Source of the DNA: Gemmata obscuriglobus
GTDB lineage: Bacteria > Planctomycetota > Planctomycetia > Gemmatales > Gemmataceae
Assembly: GCF_008065095.1 (NCBI RefSeq)
Contig: NZ_CP042911.1
Span: forward strand, 7,260,001 to 7,292,000
DNA length: 32,000 bases
Reading direction: 5' to 3'
A model generated the notes under the pieces. That model was given only the letters and a program-made list of their open reading frames with translations. It was not told where the DNA came from and ran no database searches. Below are positions 15,789 to 23,043 of the stretch, one piece after another (the stretch's first letter is position 1; every line of letters starts with the position of its first letter). A program made the position numbers and the translations under genes.

Positions 15789-16889
15789 TCAGGTGTGAAC
15801 GGCATCGAACGCGACCAGCGCCGGGGGGCCGAACAGGATCACCGGGAGCCACGCCGCCAGCGGCGGCGGCAGCACGTCCTGGTCCCCGAGGTACTTACAC
15901 GCGATCACGAACAAGAAGGTTGCCGCGGATACGATCAGACACAAACCCGAGCTAATGATGACGTGGCGGTTCGGGTTCCCCAGGATCACCGCCAGCCCGA
16001 ACACGACCATCACCATGCCGACGAGGGGGCGGGTGACGCGCGTGTGGAACAGCACCGCGAGCTTCCCCCGGCGCCGCGGCTCGGGATCGACCAGCATCGT
16101 TTGCAGGTCGCTGGTGGCGGCGTAAATGTACCACGCCCCGCCGCGGCACACGGCGTCGTAGTCCGCGTCTTGCACTTTTACGAAGAACCGCCCGGTGCCC
16201 AGAACGGTGAGGTTCAGCGGGATCTCGCCCGTGAACGTGTCGGGCGTGGCGTCGGTCAGCAGCCACCCGCCGGTCAGCGGGTCGTCGCCCTGTTTGGGCC
16301 GGAACACCGCCTCCTGCGCGGTCAAATGCACCATCCCGCTGCGCGAGTGCTCCGGGAACGTCACGCACATCTTCTTGACGAGCTTGTCCTTGCGGAACCC
16401 GGCCAGGCCCTCGAAGTGGATGCCGCTGCTGTCGTAGGCGCCCATCAGGGACTGGGCCTTCGCCTGGTCGGGGTCGTCGCGCTGGCTGGTCAGTGCGTCC
16501 GCCACTTCGGGGATCAGGAACTCCTGGTTCAGCGGCCCCAGCGCCAGCGTGACCGCGGCCCCGAGGAACACCGGCCGGATCGCCCGCCGCGTGGGCACAC
16601 CCGCGGAGAGCAGCGGCAGCAGTTCGTTGTTGCGCTGCATCCAGGCAACGGTGAACGCGCCGGCGATCAGCGTGACGAAGTTGCCGAACAGGTCGAAATA
16701 CTCGGGGACGCGGTTGCCGTAGTAGTAGGTAATGTGCCGCGCCGACGCGACGAACCCGCCCGGCTTGTTGACGAAGGCGTCCAGGTGGGTGAACAGGTCG
16801 ATCACGATGAACAGCCCGACCAGGCTGATCAGCACGATGATGTAGGACCGGAAGAAGGTCCAGAGGAACATCCGGTCGATGGCGGTCAT
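15789..16889 (-). CDS. LptF/LptG-family (YjgP/YjgQ) permease
   Basis: The product is 366 aa, starting MTAIDRMFLWTFFRSYIIVLISLVGLFIVIDLF. This is a typical LptF/G N-terminus, and the layout of 3 TM segments, a roughly 150-aa periplasmic domain and 3 TM segments also fits. This Met is codon 244 of the 609-aa ORF 15789..17618. The upstream part of that ORF overlaps the phosphatase gene in another frame and is rejected. Confidence 0.8.
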   Translation of the reverse strand: MTAIDRMFLWTFFRSYIIVLISLVGLFIVIDLFTHLDAFVNKPGGFVASARHITYYYGNRVPEYFDLFGNFVTLIAGAFTVAWMQRNNELLPLLSAGVPTRRAIRPVFLGAAVTLALGPLNQEFLIPEVADALTSQRDDPDQAKAQSLMGAYDSSGIHFEGLAGFRKDKLVKKMCVTFPEHSRSGMVHLTAQEAVFRPKQGDDPLTGGWLLTDATPDTFTGEIPLNLTVLGTGRFFVKVQDADYDAVCRGGAWYIYAATSDLQTMLVDPEPRRRGKLAVLFHTRVTRPLVGMVMVVFGLAVILGNPNRHVIISSGLCLIVSAATFLFVIACKYLGDQDVLPPPLAAWLPVILFGPPALVAFDAVHT

Positions 16890-17557
16890 CACGGGCGCGG
16901 CCCCCCGACGGCCCCTTCTGCCACCCCGGCGGCGCCGCCGGAGGCGAGCCGTTCGGCCTTCGAGCGAGGCTTGTAGTTCTGCACGAACTGGATCACGAAC
17001 TCGTCCCCCTCGCTGGCCGCCACGTACCCGTACCCGTTCGCGCGCAGCTCGCGCAGGGCCTCGCCCGGCGACCACCCGCGGTACTCCATGCGGTAGATCG
17101 CGGTGAGCCGGCCGGTGCGGTGCAGCCCGGCCTTGCAGTGCAGCAGCACGGGGTAGTTGCTCTCGTCGTCCAGCAGGTCGCGCCACTGCTTCACCGCGGG
17201 CGGCTCCCAGTCGAGTTGGTTCCCCGGCGGCAGAATGTCCGGCGTGAGCAGCCGGTACCGTACACCGAGTTGCGCGCACAGCTCGCTCTCGCGCACCTGG
17301 CCCTTCCCGAGCCAGTGATCGGGTAGCAGCGGGTCCGGTTCCTCGTGCTGGAGGTTGACGACCGTTTTGATGCCGTACCGGTCGACGGCCTCCCGGAACC
17401 CCGCGGCGGTCATCTGCCCCGAGCGGTAGAGCCGGCCGGGTTCGACCTCGCGAAACCGCTTGGCTTGGATGTACTGTGCGCGGTACAACGCCACCGGCGC
17501 TCCCAGTACGAGAGCCGCGACGACGCACCCCAGTACCCACCGCAACCCGTTGCGCAT
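16889..17557 (-). CDS. membrane-anchored Cys-based phosphatase (atypical dual-specificity/tyrosine phosphatase fold, CX5R)
   Basis: The 222-aa ORF has an N-terminal TM segment, LRWVLGCVVAALVLGAPVAL. The active-site signature is VLLHCKAGLHRTG (HCxxGxxRT). The LYRSGQ and GIKTVVNL blocks are typical of bacterial DSP/Y_phosphatase-type families. Its stop overlaps the permease ATG by 1 nt. Confidence 0.75.
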   Translation of the reverse strand: MRNGLRWVLGCVVAALVLGAPVALYRAQYIQAKRFREVEPGRLYRSGQMTAAGFREAVDRYGIKTVVNLQHEEPDPLLPDHWLGKGQVRESELCAQLGVRYRLLTPDILPPGNQLDWEPPAVKQWRDLLDDESNYPVLLHCKAGLHRTGRLTAIYRMEYRGWSPGEALRELRANGYGYVAASEGDEFVIQFVQNYKPRSKAERLASGGAAGVAEGAVGGPRP

Positions 17558-17671
17558 CAGTGCCCACTGCTGAAGGAAGTAAGGGCGACACTAATACACA
17601 ACCCGCCGGGCGTGTCAACCGCGACCGGTTCGTGTACGCTAACGTGACATCCCACCTGCGAGGAACCCCTC

Positions 17672-18631
17672 ATGCTCCTCTCCGCCGCGTTCGCGGTGCT
17701 TCTCGGCACCGCACCCGCCGCCCAGCCGGCAAAGGCGCTCAAGTTAAAAGACGGCGACCGAATCGTGTGGCTCGGCGGCACGCTCGTCGAGCGCGAACAG
17801 CGGTACGGCTACTGGGAAGCGGCGCTCGTTGCCGCGAACGCCGACAAGAACATCACCGTCCGCAACCTCGGCTGGAGCGGCGACACGGTCCACGGTGAGT
17901 CCCGCGGGCGGTTCGACTTCAACAACCCCGACGCGTGTTTCAAACAAATCGTTGACCAAACGCTGGCGCTGAAGCCGACCGTGATCTTCGTGAGCTACGG
18001 CTCGAACGAAGCGTTTGAAGGTAAAGAGGGGCTGCCGAAGTTCGAGAAGGGGCTGGAAAAGCTCCTCGACTCGCTCAAACCCGCCAACGCGCGAATCGTC
18101 CTGTTCACGCCGATTCCGGTTAACGCTCTGGAAACGCAATCGGGCGCGCCGAATCCGCAGAAGCGCAACGAGATGATTGAACTGTACGGCAAAAGCATCC
18201 AAGCCGTGGCGCTAAAGCACGGGCACCATCTCGCCGACTTGAATGGATTTGTGAAGATCGTCTTTTTTACCCAAGAAACATTTCTCAAAGACGATCAGAA
18301 GCTCCGAAGCCAGCACCCACCACTCACGACGAACGGCATGCATTTGACCCAGGACGGGTACCGAATGACCGCCTCAGCGTTCATTGCGAGCCTGGGGTAT
18401 TCTGTGGTCGGCTCTACCAGCGAACGCCAGGAAGAGCTCGAACCGCTTCGCCACGCGATCATCGCGAAGAACGAGCAGTTCTTCAACAAGTGGCGCCCGC
18501 AGAACGAGACCTACCTGTTCGGGTTCCGCAAGCACGAACAGGGGAAGAACGCGAAGGAGATGGCCGAGTTCGATCCCTTTATCCAGAAGGCCGAGGACGA
18601 AATCGCCCGGCTCCGCAAGGAACTGAAGTAA
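17672..18631 (+). CDS. secreted SGNH/GDSL-fold protein with non-canonical catalytic residues
   Basis: The signal peptide is MLLSAAFAVLLGTAPAAQPAKA. The SGNH blocks are recognisable: block I IVWLGGTLVE (GGT instead of GDS), block II LGWSGDT, block III FVSYGSNEA and block V NGMHLTQDGY (N in place of D). A GAGGA lies about 8 nt upstream of the ATG. Confidence 0.7.
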   Translation: MLLSAAFAVLLGTAPAAQPAKALKLKDGDRIVWLGGTLVEREQRYGYWEAALVAANADKNITVRNLGWSGDTVHGESRGRFDFNNPDACFKQIVDQTLALKPTVIFVSYGSNEAFEGKEGLPKFEKGLEKLLDSLKPANARIVLFTPIPVNALETQSGAPNPQKRNEMIELYGKSIQAVALKHGHHLADLNGFVKIVFFTQETFLKDDQKLRSQHPPLTTNGMHLTQDGYRMTASAFIASLGYSVVGSTSERQEELEPLRHAIIAKNEQFFNKWRPQNETYLFGFRKHEQGKNAKEMAEFDPFIQKAEDEIARLRKELK

Positions 18632-18705
18632 CGAACCCGCCCCAACCGCCCGGGCGAAACGCCCGGTGCGCCCGCTCCCGACCCGCACACCAAACTCCTC
18701 CCACC

Positions 18706-21700
18706 ATGCGCACATACACGCTCAGCCTGCTACTCGCGCTTGTGCCGTCGGTCGCGCTCGCGCAGACCAACGCCACGGTGCCCGACCCGGACCCCGAACT
18801 GGAGCGCAAGACGTTCATCGTCGCGCCGGGGTTCGAGGTGACGCTCTGGGCGGCCGACCCTCTGCTCGCCAAGCCCATCCAGATGAACTTCGACCCGCAG
18901 GGCCGGCTCTGGGTCGCCAGTAGCGAGCACTACCCGCAGATCAAGCCGGGCGAGAAGGCCAACGACAAGATCATCGTGCTCGAAGACACCAAGGGCACCG
19001 GCCGGGCGGATAAGACCACCGTGTTCGCCGACGGACTGCTCATCCCGACAGGACTCGAACCCGGTGACGGCGGCGTATACGTCGCCAACAGCACCGAACT
19101 CGTTCACCTGAGTGCGAGCAAGCCGGGCGGTAAAGCGGACACGAAGCGCGTGCTGCTCAGCGGGTTCGGAACCGAGGACACGCACCACATCATCCACACG
19201 TTCCGGTGGGGGCCGGACTGCCGGCTGTACTTCAACCAGTCGATCTACATTCACTCGCACGTCGAAACCCCTACAGGGGTGAAGCGGCTCAACGCGGGCG
19301 GGATCTGGCGGTTCAACCCGGACAAAACCGAACTCGACGTGTTCGCCCGCGGGTGGGTGAACACGTGGGGCCACGCGTTCGACAAGTACGGCCAGTCGTT
19401 CGCGACCGACGGGGCCGGGGGTGAGGGCATCAACCACGTCGTCCCCGGCGGGTATTACCTCACGTCACAGGGGCCGCACGCACAGCGGCTGTTGCACGGG
19501 CTGAACCCCGGTTCACCCAAGTATTGCGGGCTCGAAATCATCAGCGGGAGGCACTTTCCGGACGACTGGCAGGGCGACCTCATCACGAACGACTTTCGCG
19601 GCCACCGCGTCTGCCGGTTCAAGTTGCAGGACGACGGCAGCACATTCGCCAGCCGCGAAATGACGGAAGTCATCAAGAGCAACCACCCGGCGTTTCGTCC
19701 GATCGACGTGAAGATGGGGCCGGACGGCGCGCTGTACATCGCGGACTGGTACAACCCGATCATCCAGCACGGCGAGGTGGACTTCCGCGACCCGCGCCGC
19801 GACAAGACGCACGGCCGCATCTGGCGCGTCACCGCGAAGGGTCGCGACCTCGTAAAGCCGCCCAAGCTCGTAGACGCCACCGTTCCCGAGTTGCTGGAGC
19901 AACTGAAGGCGCCGGAGCAGTGGACCCGCCAGCAGGCGAAGCGCGTCCTCAAGGAGCGCGGCGCGGAGAAGGTGCTGCCGGAGGTAGACAAGTACCTGCG
20001 TGGGGTCGATCTTCCCCAACTTGCGAACCAGCACCAATTCCTCGAAATCATGTGGCTGGGCGATGCTTTGGGTGAATTCCATCGGCCGCCCGGTCAAGAC
20101 GCGAGTACGCTTCGGCTACTGCGTTCGCTGCCGCTCGCTTCTAAAGACAGCGACATCGTGGCGACCGGGATTCGTCGGTTCGGACAGTCTTTCACTCTGG
20201 CTTGGGCGCAAGGGAGTACCCGCAGCGGGATAACCGATGGCTGTCAGCACGCGAGCCCACGCGTGCGACTTGAGGCGGTACGTGCGGCCGCTCAAATGCA
20301 GTCGGCGTGGGGTGTCGAGGCCGCCCTCGGGGCGCTCGATAAGCCGATGGACCGCACCCTTGACTACGCTCTCTGGCTGACGGTGCGCGAACTTGAACCG
20401 TACTGGCTGCCGGAGTTCCAGGCGGGCCGGCTCACGTTCGGCGGCGATGCGAAGAAGCTTGCGTTCGCGCTCAACGCGATCGGTAACAAGGACACTGTGA
20501 AGCCCGTTCTCGCGCTGATCGACGGCGGAAAGGTGCCGAAGGAGAACGTCCGTGGGCTTTACTTGCTGCTCGCGCAGATCGGCGGGCCAGAAGAGTTGAG
20601 GCGTGTTGTGCAGTTCGCGGACGTAGGCGATCCCCTATCCGACGGCGATCGGTTCGCGCTCATGCGTGCGGTTGAGGACGCTGTTCGGCAGCGGAAGGTC
20701 GGTCCTGCCAAGAACGCCGCGGGCGCGCTGCGTCCTTTCATCCTGGGCCGGCTCAACACGCCCGCTGCGCAACCGGCCCTTCAGTTGGCCGGGCTATGGA
20801 AATTGGAGGAACTCCGCGAAGATTTGCAGGGCGTCGCGAGCGCGACCAAAGCAGCGATCACGATCACCGCAGAACTTCGCGCGGCCGGCCTTGAAGGGCT
20901 CATCTCGTTCGGTGACGCACGCGCGAAAACGTTTATTACCAGCCTTTGCAACAAAGAGCATGCGCCAGAGATTCGCCGGCTCGCGATCGCTGCACTTACC
21001 GGTTTAGATGCGAGCAGTGCTGCAATGAAGGCCACGGAGTTTCTGGCGGACGCCAAGCCCGACGAGGAGTTGACCGATCTGTTCGCGGCGTTCGTCAACC
21101 GAAAGGGAGGAGCGGCCACCCTGGCGAAGGCGCTCACGGGGAAGAAGTTCGCTCCCGATGTGGCGAAGATCGGGCTGAAGGCCGTTCGCGCGAACGGTCA
21201 GCCCGCGGACGACCTCGTTGCGGCGCTCACGAAGGCGGGCGGGCTCGATGCACCGCGCAAGCCGCCCACCGATGCCGAGGTGAAGGCGCTTACCGCCGAT
21301 GCGCTCAAGACCGGTGACGCGGCACGGGGGGAAGTGGTGTTCCGGCGCAAGGAGCTTCAGTGCGTCGCGTGCCACGCTTACGGTGGCGCCGGCGGGCAGG
21401 TCGGCCCGGACCTCACGTCGATCGGCGCCAGCGCGCAGCCCGACTACCTCGTGGACTCGCTCCTGCTGCCGCACAAGGCGATCAAGGAAGGGTTCGACGT
21501 GACTCGCGTTGTCACCGTCGAGGACAAGGTGCTTCAGGGGATCAAGATCCGCGAGGCGAACGGGCTCCTCGTCCTTCGCACCGCGGAGGATAAGGAAATC
21601 ACGGTCCCGGTGAAGGACATCGCCGAACAGAGCAAGTCCACGAAGTCGCTCATGCCCGAAGGGCTGACGGACCCGCTCACGAAGCAGGACTTCGCGGACC

Positions 21701-22206
21701 TCGTGAAGTACCTGTCGGAACTCGGAAAGGTGGGCGGGAGCTACGCCCCGAGCAAGGCGCGGCTGGTGCGCCGGTGGCAGGTGATCGACCCGAGCCCGAC
21801 GAACCTGAACGCGTTCCGTCGCGCCCGCGTGAGCGCCGCGGCCGAGCCGGACGCGCCGTTCACGTGGTCGCAGGGGTACTCGAAAACGTCGGGCGATTTA
21901 CCGCTCGCGGAGCTGCCGAAGTTCACCGTGTGGGCCGACACCGCGCCGCAGAGCGTGGTCCGGTTCCAGTTGGACGTGACAACCGCGGGCGCGGCGAAGC
22001 TCAAGTTCAACGCGATAGCCGGATTGACGGCCTACGTCGGCAACGTCCCGGTCGAACCGAAGCCGGAGACGGTGCTCGACCTCAAGACCGGCGTCCAGAC
22101 AGTGACAATCTTGATCGACCGCTCGAAGCGCACCGACGACCTGCGTATCGAACTGGACGACGTGGAGAAGTCGCCGGCCCGCGTCGCGGTGGTGGGTGGG
22201 AAGTAA
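18706..22206 (+). CDS. PVC-type heme-binding CxxCH protein: N-terminal beta-propeller dehydrogenase-like domain, central HEAT-like repeats, C-terminal cytochrome c domain
   Basis: The start is MRTYTLSLLLALVPSVALAQ (signal peptide), which is codon 73 of the ORF starting at 18490. The N-terminal region (FIVAPGFEVTLWAADPLLAKPIQMNFDPQGRLWV..., YVANSTELV, DTHHIIHTFRWGPD) matches my memory of the Pirellula/Verrucomicrobium membrane-bound dehydrogenase domain (TIGR02604). A single heme motif, GEVVFRRKELQCVACHAYGGAGGQVGPDLTSIG, matches the TIGR02603 type. Family numbers are from memory. Confidence 0.85.
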   Translation: MRTYTLSLLLALVPSVALAQTNATVPDPDPELERKTFIVAPGFEVTLWAADPLLAKPIQMNFDPQGRLWVASSEHYPQIKPGEKANDKIIVLEDTKGTGRADKTTVFADGLLIPTGLEPGDGGVYVANSTELVHLSASKPGGKADTKRVLLSGFGTEDTHHIIHTFRWGPDCRLYFNQSIYIHSHVETPTGVKRLNAGGIWRFNPDKTELDVFARGWVNTWGHAFDKYGQSFATDGAGGEGINHVVPGGYYLTSQGPHAQRLLHGLNPGSPKYCGLEIISGRHFPDDWQGDLITNDFRGHRVCRFKLQDDGSTFASREMTEVIKSNHPAFRPIDVKMGPDGALYIADWYNPIIQHGEVDFRDPRRDKTHGRIWRVTAKGRDLVKPPKLVDATVPELLEQLKAPEQWTRQQAKRVLKERGAEKVLPEVDKYLRGVDLPQLANQHQFLEIMWLGDALGEFHRPPGQDASTLRLLRSLPLASKDSDIVATGIRRFGQSFTLAWAQGSTRSGITDGCQHASPRVRLEAVRAAAQMQSAWGVEAALGALDKPMDRTLDYALWLTVRELEPYWLPEFQAGRLTFGGDAKKLAFALNAIGNKDTVKPVLALIDGGKVPKENVRGLYLLLAQIGGPEELRRVVQFADVGDPLSDGDRFALMRAVEDAVRQRKVGPAKNAAGALRPFILGRLNTPAAQPALQLAGLWKLEELREDLQGVASATKAAITITAELRAAGLEGLISFGDARAKTFITSLCNKEHAPEIRRLAIAALTGLDASSAAMKATEFLADAKPDEELTDLFAAFVNRKGGAATLAKALTGKKFAPDVAKIGLKAVRANGQPADDLVAALTKAGGLDAPRKPPTDAEVKALTADALKTGDAARGEVVFRRKELQCVACHAYGGAGGQVGPDLTSIGASAQPDYLVDSLLLPHKAIKEGFDVTRVVTVEDKVLQGIKIREANGLLVLRTAEDKEITVPVKDIAEQSKSTKSLMPEGLTDPLTKQDFADLVKYLSELGKVGGSYAPSKARLVRRWQVIDPSPTNLNAFRRARVSAAAEPDAPFTWSQGYSKTSGDLPLAELPKFTVWADTAPQSVVRFQLDVTTAGAAKLKFNAIAGLTAYVGNVPVEPKPETVLDLKTGVQTVTILIDRSKRTDDLRIELDDVEKSPARVAVVGGK

Positions 22207-22325
22207 CGCGCCCGGGGTTTGGGTCCACGGACCGTTCGAGTGCCAAGTGCGCTCGGCGGTTCGGTCACGCGGACTGAACACGATCGCATTTGCGGACCAG
22301 AGGTCCGCGCTCCAGAAACGCACGC

Positions 22326-22997
22326 ATGCACACAGCACTGTTCGCGGTTCACTTGGGCGATGGGGCGCTTTCCGACGTGTGGTTGGCGTCCGGGTTCGCC
22401 GGGATGGCGCTGCTGCTAGCGGTCGCGCTGTACCGGGTGCGCGAGGACGAGGTCCCGCGCATCGGGGTGCTGACGGCCGCGTTCTTCGTGGCGTCGAGCG
22501 TTCACATCAAGCTCGCTGTGCTGCCAACGAGCGTTCACCTGATCTTAAACGGTCTGGTGGGTGTGGTGCTGGGGCGCCGCGCTCCGCTGGCGGTATCGAT
22601 CGGACTGGGATTGCAGTTTGCGTTACTCCAGCACGGCGGTTGGTCCACGTTGGGGCTGAACACGTGCATCGTGGGCGTGCCCGCACTCGCGGCGGGGTTG
22701 CTGTACCCGGTGCTGCGCCGGCTGGGCGTGCCGGCGTTCGCTCGCGGCGTGCTGCTCGGGGGCGGTGCCGTTGCGGCCGCAGTCCTGCTGAATTTCGTGG
22801 CGCTGCTTCTGGGCGGAAAGTACGAGTGGGAGCGGTTGGCTCAGCTCGTGTTGCTCGCCCACTTGCCTGTTGTGGCCGTGGAAGGGGCGATGCTGGGCGT
22901 ACTGGTGAGCTATCTGGAAAAGGTGAAGCCGGAGATGCTCGGCTCCGTTCCCGCCCAGCAAGAGCCGGCGAATCAGCCAGAAGACGCTACATGGTAA
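22326..22997 (+). CDS. CbiM/NikM-family membrane protein (ECF-type metal-transporter substrate component-like), stand-alone
   Basis: The start is MHTALFAVHLGDGAL (codon 13 of ORF 22290). It has 5-6 TM segments. The block SVHLILNGLVGVVLGRRAPLAVSIGLGLQFALLQHGGWSTLGLNTCIVG resembles the conserved CbiM core. No cbiN/Q/O-like genes are adjacent. Confidence 0.6.
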   Translation: MHTALFAVHLGDGALSDVWLASGFAGMALLLAVALYRVREDEVPRIGVLTAAFFVASSVHIKLAVLPTSVHLILNGLVGVVLGRRAPLAVSIGLGLQFALLQHGGWSTLGLNTCIVGVPALAAGLLYPVLRRLGVPAFARGVLLGGGAVAAAVLLNFVALLLGGKYEWERLAQLVLLAHLPVVAVEGAMLGVLVSYLEKVKPEMLGSVPAQQEPANQPEDATW

Positions 22998-23002
22998 GTG
23001 TT

Positions 23003-23040
23003 TTGTCACGCGGGCTTGCACACGGCGGCCCGCGTGGCAA
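23003..23040. terminator. GC-rich hairpin between convergent genes (candidate bidirectional terminator, no U-tract)
   Basis: CACGCGGGC at 23007..23015 pairs with GCCCGCGTG at 23028..23036. The stem is extendable to about 13 bp with one G-U pair, and the loop is 12 nt. It lies in the 46-bp gap between the cbiM-like stop (22997) and the mutS2 stop (23044). Confidence 0.35.
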
Positions 23041-23043
23041 ACG

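Noticed and set aside
13761-16976. 1071-aa plus-strand ORF spanning the SdrD-like and permease loci
   Set aside because: It is an antisense shadow ORF with R/G/A/V-rich composition and no motifs. The minus strand carries well-supported genes, and the ORF also crosses non-coding repeats.
15789-17618. Full-length 609-aa reading of the ORF containing the LptF/G-like permease
   Set aside because: The first 243 codons are Arg/Gly/Ala/Pro-rich. They overlap the clearly motif-bearing phosphatase gene (16889..17557) in another frame. The permease homology begins at the Met at 16889.
22207-22325. Cobalamin (B12) or other metal riboswitch upstream of the CbiM-like gene
   Set aside because: The gap is only 119 nt. 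I find no B12-box-like core or GCCACTG-type conserved elements, only a short 7-bp hairpin. It is too small and featureless to call without a covariance-model scan.
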